A stretch of DNA of 58,871 bases from Fonticula alba ATCC 38817 (lineage: Eukaryota > Protista > Nucleariida): the NCBI GenBank assembly GCA_000388065.2, contig KB932205.1; one strand, 5' to 3'. The notes below the pieces were generated by a model. The model was given only the letters and a program-made list of their open reading frames with translations, did no database searches and had not been told where the DNA came from. Position numbers and translations under genes: made by a program. The first letter of the stretch is position 1. Each line of letters starts with the position of its first letter. Positions 23,468-35,735 of this stretch are shown here, one piece after another.

Positions 23468-24182
23468 ATGTCCAAGATTGTTCGCGTCCCCTCGCCGGCG
23501 GAGTTCGACTCCATCATGGCCGACCTGGCTGACGAGCCGCTCGTCTTCGTGGTGTTCATCTCCAGCGTCGCCCCGGAGACCGGCGAGACCTGGTGCCCCG
23601 ACTGCGTGATCGGTGCGCCTATTGCATGACCCCAGTGTACCCCTTCCGCCTCTCTCCTTCGTGCTGTGCCATTGCTTACCTGCCACCTGTTGGTCCCTCA
23701 CCAGCCGACCCGGTCATCCGCAAGACCGTTTTCGAGCTGAAGAATGCCATCCTTGTCGAGTGCCCCGTCGGTTCCCGCGATGAGTACGTCCTCCTTGCCG
23801 CCTTCCTTCCTCTGCTCTGGGCTGCTTGCCCCGGTTGTTGACAGTTCCTCGTGCGCTGGCGACTTCACCCGAAGGTACAAGAACCGCCCGGAGCACCCTT
23901 ACCGTGTCCACCCGAAGATTCAGCTGCGTGCTATTCCCACGCTGATGCGTTGGAAGGGCGATGTGCGTTTTGCCCTCCCACCCGCTTTGCCATGGCTCGC
24001 TTGTACCTCCCTGGGCCCCCGGCCTTGCCATGTTTCCCCCCCCCCCTCCCCCCTTGTTTGTTGACATCCTTCTCGGTCGCTGTCCTGGCCGACCGCCCGA
24101 TGACCAGGGCCCAGTTGGCACTCCCCTTGTGGAGGAGGGCTGCCTGGTTCCCGAGGACATCCACAAGCTGGCCGAGCTCTGA
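23468..24182 (+). CDS. TXNDC17: Thioredoxin-related protein of 14 kDa (TRP14), 128 aa
   Basis: Exons 23468-23612, 23705-23783, 23875-23962 and 24108-24182. WCPDC active site, ADPVI, VECPVGSRDEYK, IQLRAIPTLMRWK, LVEEGC. Confidence 0.93.
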
Positions 24183-24404
24183 TGGTCTCCCTCCGTATGT
24201 CCCTTGCCTGGCCGGGGATTGCGCCCCCCCCCCCTGGGCCTTTCAAATGCACATCTATGTCCTCCTGTCTATTGGCTGACGCGTCGGCTGGCGCGTCAAG
24301 GTGTGAGAACGCTTCGAGAATCGAGACAAGGAATGGGTGCCCTTTCGGCCGGGCCACGCCGGCCGGGAGGCTGTGTACATGGATGGGGCGGGGTGTGGTA
24401 TCTC

Positions 24405-24856
24405 TCAAGGACAAAAGGGAGGGAGACGGCTGCCCACCGGTGATGAGCAGGCAGCAGGCGGGACGATGGGTTCGGCGGGGAGCGGTGGCGCCTCCTGGAA
24501 GGTGCCCTCCTCGGACTGGCCGACCTCTTGGGCGCTTGCGGCGTGGGTGCTTTCGCCGCCGCCGCCGCCGCCGCCGCTGTTACTGGCGGTATCGCCATCG
24601 CCATCGCCATCGCCATCGGTGAAGATGAGGACCTTGGCCGGGGGATCGACTGGGTGCCGGTCGATCGGCGAAGGGGACGCCAGCAACAGGGCCGCCCGGG
24701 TCAGGGCGCTTTCACTAGGCGACTCGGACCACTCATCCGAATGGATGTGGCCGAGCTCGGGTGAGTTGAAGAGCTTTTGGGTGGGCGAGAAGAAGGGGTC
24801 AGGCCAGAGTCATGGAGAGGAGGAGGAGGAGGAGGGGCGGTGCACATATACACACA

Positions 24857-24892
<36 letters not shown>

Positions 24893-25833
24893 TTGGCGAA
24901 AGCAATGGGCAAAAAAAAGAGAAGCAAAAAGCCAAGAAGAGAGGAGAACGAGGGGGGGGGGGGCACATGTCGGACCTTTGCTCGTTGGATCAGCGCATTC
25001 AACAGAAGCATGGGGGATTGATCAGCGGCCGGTTCGCTGGCCGCCACGCCGGCAGCGCCGGCAGGCGCAGGCACATCGCCCCGGGTGAGAAGAGCCGCCC
25101 GCGGGGAAACCCAATCTGGGCGGCCCTCCGCGGAAATGACCGACCGGCCAGCCGGGGTGGCTTGTGTGGGCGCGCTGGCCGGAGCATCCCCGGCCGTCGG
25201 AGCAGCGGCCCCCTCATCCGAGGCCTGCTTGGCGAAGGTGCTCTTGAGCCGAACCGCGCGCAGGGCGTCCAGCGAGACGGCCAAGCCGCCGGGGGCGGAG
25301 CGCTCGCGCGGGCGCAGCCGCCCCTTGACCGGCGGTGTGGCTGCCGACGATCGGAGCTTCACCCCGCGAATCATGTCAATCGAAACGGAAGGCGGCCCGC
25401 CAGCCTCATCGACTCGGGCCCGGGGCTTGCGCGGGCTGGCGCGTGTCAGCGTCAGCCCCGGGCGCTTCTGGCCGAACCCCGGGGGCGGGGGCGGCGGAGG
25501 CGGTGGCGGTGCCGCCCCCCCGGCAAACGGCAGGGGCGGCGGGGCCGGGGGCGGTGCTCCACCGGCACTCGGCTGGAAGCTGGCGCCGAAGATGCCGCCA
25601 TCCGGCTGGTACGCGGCCCCGGCATACAGGGCAGCTCCCCCGGCCTTGGCTTGGGCGCGACGCATGCGGCGGAATTCACGCTCCACCTGAGCCAGGCGCT
25701 GCTCCACTTCGGCAATGTACGCTTCAGCCCGGCGAGCTCGTTTGAGGAAATACACCCAAGGGAAGAGCAGGAAGGCAATCCACTGGATGGTGGACCAGAA
25801 GGCCTGTGTGTCCATGTGTCCATATATTTGCAC

Positions 25834-25867
<34 letters not shown>

Positions 25868-26637
25868 ATGCGCATGTGTGAGAGGGGGAGGGGTCGAAGC
25901 AGAGAGTGGGAAAAGGAGACGGCGGAAGGGCTGGACAAAGGGAGGCACCGAATGTGCGGCCAAATGATGCATATGGCTGGTAAGCATGGTCGTACCTGAT
26001 TGAGAACCAGTGACCAGTGTGACGCGGCCCAGCGGAGGGCGCGTAGCCACCGGCGCACAGCGGCGCGACAGGCCTCAACACCCTGCCGGAGGGCAGCCGT
26101 CACGGACGCCACCACGCGCCCCGGCAGCAGGACTACCCAAACGACCGTCGCCACGACGGCCGCATACACGTCACACCAAAACTGCGCGAACGACCGGGCC
26201 GCGGCCTCAACCCGGATGATGGCACGAGTGAGGCTACGCCCGAGTCCGGAGGAGGGGGCGTCAACGGCGGGCGCGCTGCCAGCCGGGGCGTCACGAGCAT
26301 CCTCGAATGCGTCATCCGCCAGCATGGCCGAGGGGGGATCCCCCGAAGCCGGGACCGGCGCTGGTGCTGAGACCGGGGCCGCGCGCGCCAGCTCCCCGGG
26401 TGCCAGTTCATCTTCACCATCGCTCTGCCTCAGGGAGAAGGCCGACATGGCCCGACGATCGGCCACTGGAAGGGGGGAAAACAGGATGCTGGAGGTGAAG
26501 GAGCTCGGTACAGTCTCGGAGGTGGCGACCCCCGGCCCCGGAGCCGGTTTGCTGACGAGTCCATCCCCATCGGGAGATGCGCTTGTGCACGACGCGTCGC
26601 GGGGCTTCAAATTGCGGCGTTTCTTCGGCCGGGCCAT
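24405..26637 (-). CDS. PRR11/MTFR-like proline-rich protein with coiled coil and two WH2-like motifs (~612 aa)
   Basis: Exons 26637-25996, 25803-24976 and 24773-24405, all phase 0. Order of elements: basic N-terminus MARPKKRRNLK; Trp-rich hydrophobic segments; coiled coil AEAYIAEVEQRLAQVEREFRR; poly-Pro; SVSIDMIRGVKLRSS; AVSLDALRAVRLKST; LLNALIQRAKLFNSP. This matches the recalled order in animal PRR11. Confidence 0.7.
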
Positions 26638-26765
26638 GGGTGTATGCGCGCGTACGTGTGCGTGTGTGTGTGTGTTTCTCCCTCTTTCTCTCTTTCTCTC
26701 TCTTTGTCTCTTTGCGAGCACACGTGAGTCTATTCAGACGGCAGGTGAGAAGAAAGCAAGTGCCG

Positions 26766-26800
26766 TGCTGTGCTGTGCTGTGCTGTGCTGTGCTGTGCTG
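26766..26800. repeat. (TGCTG)7 pentanucleotide microsatellite
   Basis: Directly visible, upstream of the PRR11-like ATG. Confidence 0.9.
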
Positions 26801-27173
26801 TGTGTGTGTATGAGGGTACGAATGGGAGGGGAGTGGGTCTGTGCGGTCAGAAGAAATGGGAGGCGAGGTGAGAAGGGGGGGGGAGGTCAGGAAAGGGACG
26901 GAGATTGCCCACGGCAGCGGCCTCTCTTCGGCCCTGCGCTGCCAGATCATCCCACCCTGGAGGGCGCTCGTCGCCCTTGCCTGAGCCCCCCTCCCCCCTC
27001 CCCCCTCAGGGACCTCATATGGGCCCGCACGCGGGGCAGGATCGCGCCTTACCTCCCCCCGCCCCCCCTGCTCGCAACCACCCTGCCCCGTCCTCCCAGA
27101 CGGGGGAGAGACGCGCGGCCGAACTTCAAATTTAGCGGCCGTTGCGAGGGAGCATATCCCCCAACGGAGTGCG

Positions 27174-27269
<96 letters not shown>
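27174..27269. repeat. Poly-C run (96 nt), probably partly a sequencing/assembly artefact
   Basis: Homopolymer followed by a degraded copy of the sequence ~171 nt upstream. Confidence 0.6.
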
Positions 27270-27270
<1 letters not shown>

Positions 27271-27454
27271 AGGGGGGGGGGGGGCGCGGCCCCACATCAA
27301 AATTTGCGGCCCCTGGCGGGGGGCACATCCCCCCCCGGGGGGCCCCCCCCCCCCCCCCCCCCCCCTCCGCGCCCTGTCCCGCCGTGCCCCTTGGTCAATT
27401 GCCGCGCGCGCCGCCCAGGGGCGAGGTGGGAGTGTATTCACATGTCATCACGTG

Positions 27455-29094
27455 TTATCCGTAATGGTGCGCGGCCAGCCGCAGGCCCAACTCGAAGGCG
27501 GCCCGGGTCCCGGCATCCGGGAAGGCGTCCACGAAAACAGACCCAGTGCACCAAGGACAGGCCGGGTGCGGGGGTGAACCAGCGGCCCCGGGTCCAGCTT
27601 CAGCGAAGGCGGCCCCGGCTACCGCGCAGCCGTCCACCTCCTCGCAACCCAGGCGCTGATAGAGGGCATAAAGATCGGCCGGAGCGGCGGCAGTGGCGGC
27701 GGCGACGGCGGCGGCGGCGGGCCGGTGCTTGTCGCCAGCCAGGCGACTGCCATGGCAGCCTCCGACTGTCGAGCGCCCGCCGCCCAAGGCGACGCCACCA
27801 CTGCCAGAGGGAGATGGCTCATCCGGGAGAGCTATCGAAAAGACCGAGCCCGGCAGGCCGGCCGCCGCCAGCCGACAGAGAGACTCACCAATCGAGCGGC
27901 CGTCGGCTGGGGCGGAGGACGTAACCCCGCGGGCTGGAGCCGGCGAAGAGTCGGCCGACGGATCGCTGTGATCGCTCTCCACCTCGCTTTCGATGTCCTC
28001 TTCGTCGGCATCATCGTCATGGTCATTGGACGTGGCGGCCGCCGGTCGGTGTGCATGGCAGCCACACTGGCCTCCCCCCGATGCCAGTCCATCGCCGTCG
28101 AAGTGCGTGCTCACGGTGGAGTCCAGGCACTGGTGGCTTTCCCCCTCTTGATGGGGCGAGGCGCCCTGGGGCCCGGGTGGCGGGGGCCCCTGAACCGAAG
28201 CAGCCCACGTGCAGCAGGCAGATGCACCGGCTGCTGCCGCGGCGCCCCCGGAGCCACTGCCGGGCGGGAAGAGATGGGACGGCGAGGCGGCGGCATCGAT
28301 GTTGAAGGTATCCACCTGCGGGGGAAGCGACGATCCGGCGGGGGCCGAGTCGGTGACCAAGTGCGAAGCATTCTTACATGCGAGTGAGGAGGCGCCACCA
28401 CAGGGGGGCGTCGCAACCTCGCCACCGTCGCCCGAGGAGGGCCGACTGCCCGGCATGTGGCCCGGGCGCCGCCGGGTCCGCGTCAGCACCCGGAAGTCCG
28501 ATACTGAGGGTTCGGTCGCGCCGGCCGTGGCAGTTGCCGCGAAGCCTGGCCGGGGGTCTTTGCCACGCGCCGTGACGGCGACGGCCGCAGTGTCCGCCAC
28601 CACGGGCGATCGAATGCTCCCATCGTCGTCGGCATCTTCGGTAGTGACAAAGGACCCGGCGCCGCCATCCCCCCGCCGGGGATGATGGAGCTGGCCAAAC
28701 AGCGGCGTCGACATGCTCCGGTAGTCCCCGGGGGATCCGGCCGCGAAGGGCACGGCCTCATGGAGATCCAAGGAGCTGGTCGAGTTGAGCTGGTCGGTCC
28801 CGGTGCAGGGGCCGCCACCGGCGGAGCAGGTCCCTCCCCCGGGCAAGGCCGGCCAGGTGGGCCGCACGGGCTGATCCCATTCGGACCAGTCGAGGTCCGT
28901 GTCATCGAGGCGGACTTGCTCCGGGGGGGTGTCATACCGGCCGTAGTTGAAGTATTGTGAAAAGTAGTGCACGGTCTCCAGGAGCCCCTGGCGGAGGCCG
29001 AACTGCGGCGTCCAGCCGAGGAGATCATGGGCGCGCCTTCGTGACCGGGGGAGGAGGGTGGGGGGGGGGAGGGAGAAGACAGGATGATCCATCG

Positions 29095-29127
<33 letters not shown>

Positions 29128-30995
29128 CGTGTGTGAGGGGTGTGAGCACTCGGGCATATGTGGGAGAGAGAGAGAGAGAGAAAGAGAGCACGAGGGAGAA
29201 TCCATCGGGGTAGGCTCGATGCGTACTGGATATCTGGCCGCCGCTGCTTCGGGTCGTCCACCGGTGAGGGGAGATACACGACGCCGACATTATCGCGCAG
29301 ATGGGGTGACCGGTCCATGTTCAACATGCTGACGGTCGAGAGGATGATTTTGGAAAAGTCCCCGATCTGGTACTCATCCGGATTGCCGATGTTGATGGGC
29401 GGCAAGGCGGGCAAGCCATCAGCCTCATGATCCGAAGGGGTGGCCATTAGGTCGATGAGCCCGGTGATCAGGTCGTGGATATATCTGCGGAGGGTGCGTA
29501 GATACGAGCGTGCGTGCGTGCGTGCGTGTATGTGTGAGAGAGAGAACGGGGCAAAAAGAGAGGGAGGGCATTGGTCACCGAGGTGGCGGGCAGCGGAGGG
29601 CCGATCGGGTGGACGTACTGGAAGGAGCGTGTCTGTGTCCCATCGCCGTAGACCGTCAGGGGCCGGCCGGAGAGAGCCTGCACGCAGAAGTTGCTGACCA
29701 CACGGCCATCATCATGGGCCATGCGCGGGCCGTAGGTATTGAAAACCCGCGCCACACGGACATCAACCCCATGCTGCCGAGCATACGCATAGGCCAGGGT
29801 CTCGGAGATGCGCTTGCCCTCGTCGTAGCAAGCTCGCGGGCCAATCGGATTGACAGATCCGTGGTATGTCTCCGGCTGGGGGTGGACTTCGGGATCGCCG
29901 TAAACCTCTGTGGAAAAAGGGGATGCGCGGGTTTTGTCGGGGGTTCGTTTTTCCCCCGCCGGAAATCCGCCCAGGCACGTCAGTGGCCATGGAGCGCGGG
30001 CTGGCATTGCCAAGGGAGAGGCAGCGAGCGGCCGAGAGTGGGGCAAAGGAAGCGGAGGAGCCAATGGGGGCGGGTCCCTACGCACCACTGGTGGAGGCCA
30101 GGAGAAAGCGCGCGCCCGAGCGCTTGGCCACGCCGAGCATGTGCATGGTCCCCAGGACGGCGGTCTTGACCGTGCGGATGGCATTCCCCTGATAGTGTGG
30201 CGGAGAGGCCGGACAGGCCAAGTGGAAGACCAGATCGCACTTGCCCACCCCGCGCAGGGGTTTGGCCACATTGTGCCGGCGGACCGCGAAGTTCGGGTGC
30301 CCGCGCCAGTGTGCCAGATTCCGCCGGCGGCCGGTGGACAGATCGTCAATGCAAAGGACATGGTGCCCGGCCAGCAGGAGCCGGTCGATCAGGTGGCTGC
30401 CCACGAAGCCGGCACCGCCGGTGACCAAAATCCGCAGCGGGGTGCAGCCGAGCTGGCGCAGGTCCCGGACCTCCGGCAGGGGGGCCAGCGCGGGGGGGAT
30501 GGCCCCGGCTTGGGGGCCCCGCCGGTGGAGAGGCACCCGTCCAGGACGCGGGGTCTCGGCCGGATCCACCCGCCGGGGCATGCTCCTCCAGAGGGGGGCC
30601 TGCTCGCGCAGGGCGCACTCCGGGCAGCGGCGGGTGCGCGTGGCGCCGGCCGATGTGTCGGGCTGCGCGGTCGACCGGCCGCACTCGCCAGTGCGGCAGT
30701 GCTGATCGCCGGTCGGGGAGCCGCTGTCAGGGGGCGCCGAGGCGTCGGGCGACAGGATCCGCCGGACCTGGTCTTCCTGGATGAAGGTCAGCAGGAGCCC
30801 GGAATCCGAGGAGGAGCAGTGGTGCTGCGGGGGGAGGTAGAGCCGACGCAGGCGCTCCAGCTCCACAACCAGTGGCGGCTCGCCTGGGGCCAGGGCCGCG
30901 CTGGAGACCACGCTCACCAGCGGCGCCGATGAGGGGAGGGGAGGAGTGCCGGCTGGTGGCCGGCCACTCGCGGGCGAGGACGGCTGAGCACTCAT
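27455..30995 (-). CDS. UXS1: UDP-glucuronic acid decarboxylase (UDP-xylose synthase) with long N- and C-terminal extensions (~1012 aa)
   Basis: Exons 30995-30086, 29907-29619, 29484-29227 and 29036-27455. Motifs: [43 protein letters not shown] (YxxxK), [10 protein letters not shown]...[35 protein letters not shown]. The start codon is uncertain. Confidence 0.9.
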
Positions 30996-32196
30996 GTGCC
31001 AGTATTGCGCATCAGCCGCGGAGGGGGCGTCGGGTTGAGGGACTGGGTTATGGGGGGGGGGGGGGGGGGGGGGGCACGGGGAAGCGAGGGCCGGGTGCAG
31101 GGGGAGGTTTGTGCGTGTGTGCGTGCGAGGGCAATGTCGGACGAGAAGGGAGGGGAGGGGGGAGGTGTGGCTGGGATCCGGATCGGGGGATGGCGCGAGG
31201 CCGCGCGAAAAGGGGCGCAAGAGCCGCCACTCCTGCTACTGCCCGCCGATCTGTGGAGGCGCGCGTTTGGGCTGCACCCCCCGCGCGGCGTGTGTGGAGG
31301 GGGAAGGTGGCCTGGCATGCCACCCATTCTGTCGCCTGGGGAGTACACGACTGTGTAATGTCCCCCCCCCCCATCCTCGGTCGGGTCGGGGCTTTCGGAG
31401 ACACCCCCCGCATTGGGACAGGGGGATTAATCCGTGCGCGGGGCGGGCGGTGATCGGCCAGGCAGGCGCCGGCAGCCTGGGGTCTTTTGCCCCCCCCCCC
31501 CCCCCCCCTCCGGGGGCCGACTGTCCGGGAGTTGCCAAGACGTCGGGGCATGCGTGGAGGGGGCATGTCCGTGTGCTGTCCTGGGCAGCCTGGGCAGCGG
31601 GCTGCACGCGGGGCGGCAGTCGCGCTGGCTGGGTCTGCCCGCTCTTGTTGATGCGCCGGATGCCCGGGGGTGGCGGGGCGTGTTGGGCGGCTTACAGGCG
31701 GGCCGATGACACACATCCCCCGGCCCCTCGCCCTGGCGGCGGGAGTCCAATGCTCGGGGGGTGTCCTTCTGGCGGGGTCCCGCAAGCCGACAGATACCAA
31801 TGGATCGCGCGGGGCGTGTGTCCCCCGTTAGGACACATCCGGGTTGCGGGGCGCAAGCGTGCGCGCGCGCGCGCGGAGAAAAAATGGAGGGAAAAATACA
31901 CCGGCTTACGGGCCTGCTCTTCGCACGGGGGCCAGGCCGCGGTGCAGTGGCGCGTTGGAACCCGTCCGAGGGCAGGCCAGGCCACAAGGGGGGGGCTGGG
32001 CAGGGGAGGTCGGGGTGATCGTGGGACCGGACGCAATCGACCCAGGCTAGACCCTGCCAGAGTCGGCGCGGCTCGGGAAACTGGTCCCCTTGGCCCTGGC
32101 ATGCTGGCGCATCCCCCCCCCCCTGGTGGATCTCAGGAGAATGCGGCACTCGCCCTCCCTGCGCCCCGGGGGATTCGGGGGGGGGGGAGGGTGGAA

Positions 32197-32231
<35 letters not shown>

Positions 32232-32830
32232 TGTCGGCTGGCGAAGATTGAACTATTCATTTTTCTTCGCGCGTTAGTGGGAGTTCTGCAGCGGCGCCGC
32301 CACGGAGAATGTCATTACGACAAGTGTGCTGTACTCCGGCTGAAGGGATCGCGTCCCACGTGTCAGTGCATTCGACCGTTGGCACATACACACGTGAGAG
32401 ACATTGGGCGATATCAGGCGGTTTCCATTCGCCCATCCGCCTGTCTTGCTGTGCCTGGGGGATAACTAGCGGGTGGGAAGTGGCGACGAGAAGGTGCGGC
32501 TGCTGCCTGTGTGTGAATGTGCGCTTGCGTGATGGATTGCGTGGTGTGTGCATGGTTTCGGGCTCGTGTCCCCCGGCCCCCCCCCCCCCCCCTCCTCGCC
32601 CCCAGACGCCTGGCAGCACCCGGCTGAGGGGTGCCGTGGGGTGGTTTGCTATTTGTGTGGATCCCATCCGGCGGATGATGCAGCAGCCTGGGGGAATAGC
32701 AAGTGTCCTCCTGCCCCTTTCTCGCCCGCCTTTTGCCCATTCGCCTGTTGCCCTGCCTCCAGCCCTCCCTCCGGCCCCCCTCTCCGTGGTGATCCTCTCG
32801 TGCCCTGGCCGCCTTCCGTCGCCGGCTCGC

Positions 32831-33310
32831 ATGACAACCGAGCGCCAGCACTCGGGATGGCGCCCGAATGGGCGTAGCGCCCACAGCGCGCCGACACCGG
32901 TGCCGGAGACATCGTACCAGATCTCGGCTCACATGCTCCGCCGGGATCTGGCTCACATGTGCGCGACCGGGCATCTCCCCCGCCCCCNNNNNNNNNNNNN
33001 NNNNNNNNNNNNNNNNNNNNNNNNNNNNNNNNNNNNNNNNNNNNCCCCCTCCATCGCCCGGCCGTCGTGCGGTGCCGCTGCCAATGCTCCCGTATCTGAC
33101 TTGAGGTTTCCCTTCCTGCCTTGTTCCCCGGCGCTGCCCACCCGCCCGTCAGGCATGGGAGCCTGGTGGACTTTCTGACAAGCTACTCGAGCCTGTCTCC
33201 GTCGGTTCCTCCGGTGCGTCGCTGATTATGTGCCCGGCCAGGTGGTGCTACCAATCGTCCTGGCCTTGTGTGCTGCCTCGGCCCCCGGCCTGACAACCTC
33301 CCCGCTGGGA

Positions 33311-33374
<64 letters not shown>

Positions 33375-35690
33375 TCTGCTCCTCTGTTTCCCCGCTCGCC
33401 CTCCTGCGAGCAGGCCAATCCCTCGCTGTTCGAGTCCCTCAGGCAGACACGCCCGCAGTCGAGCCTGGCTCGGTCGATGCAGGACATCCTGGACGAGCCG
33501 ATGCTTTCGTGCTTGCAACCCGTGCCGCGGCCACCGACTCCCCCGCCAGTCACACCCGTCCCTGAGGCCGCCGGTGCCGGCTCTCCCTTTGCCTCCGCTG
33601 TTGATGCCGAGCTCAGCGCCGGGAGCGCTGTGGACATCGATGCCGGCACCACCGTGGCCGCCTCTCCTGACACTGGGGCTCCCACCGGGATGGGGCCTGC
33701 TTCTGATGGCGGGCCGGTTGTTGGCACTTGCCCGGAGGCTGGTAATGGGTCTCTGCCAGCTGGCGACGCGTTGTCTGGAGCCTGGCCGAATCAGGACACC
33801 CAGTCATCAGGGTCGGCTGGGAAGGGTGACTCCTTCGAGGAGTCGCTGCTGGGCAAGCCGGAACTTGGTTTGCCGAGCCTGCCGCAGTATCTGGCAACGT
33901 TGAGCCGCCTGAGCAAGGTACTTTCGCTGTTGGCTTAGCGGTGCCTCTTGTACTTGGAGCGCGCCTTCCCGCTGACGCATCACTCTCCCCTTGCAGCACA
34001 TCTTCTCCCTCGGGCCGGTGTCCGCGGATTGCATGTCGCACATCACCCTCGGCCTGAACCGCCTCTCCACCTCGGTGCAGGATATTTACCAGGTGGCACT
34101 GGACTTGTATGCGGAACTGGTGCACGTGGGCGACAGTTCGTCCGAAGACCCGGACCAGAGCATCGACCTGAACCACCTGCTGTCCGTCTTCTCGTCGATC
34201 GTTGTCAAGTCTGTGGTGCGTGTGCCGCTGTCTTTGGGATTCCCCCCCTCCCGGCATGCCAGGGCGTGTCTGCCCTGCTGTTGCTTCTCCCGGGGGGGTT
34301 TCCTTTCCCCGCTGACATTCGTCCCTCTGCCCCGCGCGCCCCTCCCCCCTCCCTGCTCCCGGGCCAATGGATGCCCTCGAATGGCGCCCGCTGTGCCCTT
34401 GCTCGGGTGGGCTGCCTCCTTTCCGATCACCATGCACGCATGTAGGCTTTGGTCCTTGAAGGGACGCCGACCTTGGAGCGGACCAGTGCGGTGGCCAGTT
34501 TCTTGGCGACCGTGCTGTCGATCTGCCACACATCCAAGCCGCTGGTGGAGCCGGTTTCGGCCCAGGAGTGCGCGTTCCTGCGTCTGCCGGCTGGGGTGCC
34601 TCCCCCGGCGCCGGTGTCCCTCCTGTGGGCTTTGCTGCAGGGGATCGTGGGCCAGCATTCGCCGCGGGCCGTTTGGTCGCCGCTCTGGCTGCTGGTCGAT
34701 GTGTTTGGCATGGAGCGGCCGGAGGCCGGGGCCGCCGGTGCCGCCGGTGCCGAGGGCCCGGCGCTCGAGGCCTTCGCCGATGGCCATCCGTTGGTGGATT
34801 ACCTCGTGTCGCGGGGGCTGACCGGGTGCGGTCCTCTCGGGCCGCCGGAGCGCATGGCCGCGATCCTGCGTCGGGAGGCGGGCAAAAGTGCGGTCCAGGA
34901 TTTGCCGAGTGGCAATCCGGCCGATTCCACCGAGTCCCCGACTGCCCGCAAGACCCTGGCCCTGACGCACCTGTATCTGTCGGTGGTGTGCCATCTGGAT
35001 GGCATGTTGCTGGAAATGATCGAGGATGCGAAATATGGCGAGGGGTCGGGGCTGGCTGGACCCTCGCCGCTGACCAGCGCGGACGCCCTCCTGTGGCAGT
35101 GGCTGGCTGGCTGGGGGAACTCCCTGCAGGCATGCACGCTTCGGGATGGTACGGTTGTGTCACAGCCGGGCCAAGTGGCCACGCTCAATGGCCGGGTACA
35201 TCTGGCTCAATTGGCGGCCATGGTCCTGGCGCCGGTGGTGCGTACCCTGCACAACCGGACTGACGACGGTGTGGCCGACGAGGACGATGTGGCCGACGAG
35301 GACAACGAGAGCGACGAGGACGATGTGTTTAATGTGGATGATGCGGATGCCTTGGACCGGTTGCTTATTTCCTGCGCTCAGGCCATGGCCAACTACGATG
35401 GGACCGGGGCCCCGGCCTCCGGGCATCTGGTTGGGAACGCGATCGTCTTCTTGCTCCAGGCGCTGGGTGAGTTGCAGAATGCTCGGCCTATGTGGAGGTC
35501 GGCTAAGGCGCCGACCCTGGCCTGGCACTCTCCACAGACAGCGCTGCATCCCCATCCCATTGCCGGGAAGGCGCTGGACTGTTTGGACCTTGGGACATAC
35601 TACACGGGCTTCCTGGACGCCGGGGAGCCCGAGGGGGCGACATGCCTACTGTCGTCTGACCTGGATTTCCGTCTAGAGGAGGACTCCTGA
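32831..35690 (+). CDS. Uncharacterised multi-exon protein (~718 aa), helical segments separated by low-complexity linkers
   Basis: Exons 32831-32958, 33153-33213, 33414-33917, 33997-34215 and 34446-35690 join in frame through canonical GT-AG sites. Contains Leu-rich amphipathic stretches (LPSLPQYLATLSRLSKHIFSL, YQVALDLYAEL, LALTHLYLSVVCHLDGMLLEMI, LLWQWLAGWG) and an acidic DEDD patch. I recognised no family motif. The first two exons are less certain because a gap lies in intron 1. Confidence 0.7.
33312..33373. repeat. Poly-C run (62 nt) inside intron 2 of the uncharacterised gene
   Basis: Directly visible; lies between donor 33214 and acceptor 33413. Confidence 0.8.
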
Positions 35691-35704
35691 GAGAGTGAAC
35701 AAGG

Positions 35705-35735
<31 letters not shown>

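Noticed and set aside
5759-24182. Apparent iron/redox cluster (FSP1-like, ATP18-like, IRP1, TXNDC17)
   Set aside because: Unrelated genes (MOB4, FHIT) are interspersed, orientations are mixed and no shared motif is visible. Coincidence is the default in a eukaryotic genome without synteny evidence.
27113-27355. Apparent ~70-bp tandem direct repeat (27113-27180 and 27284-27350) around a 96-nt poly-C, which looks like a mobile-element end or minisatellite
   Set aside because: The second copy is colinear and gap-free, and its mismatches mostly drift toward C/G. That is the signature of a dephased low-quality read after a homopolymer. It is most likely an assembly artefact; raw or long reads would decide.
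33230-33565. ORF MPGQVVLPIVLALCAAS... resembling a signal peptide plus poly-Pro
   Set aside because: It begins inside intron 2 (33214-33413) of the uncharacterised gene; the poly-Pro is just the poly-C run.
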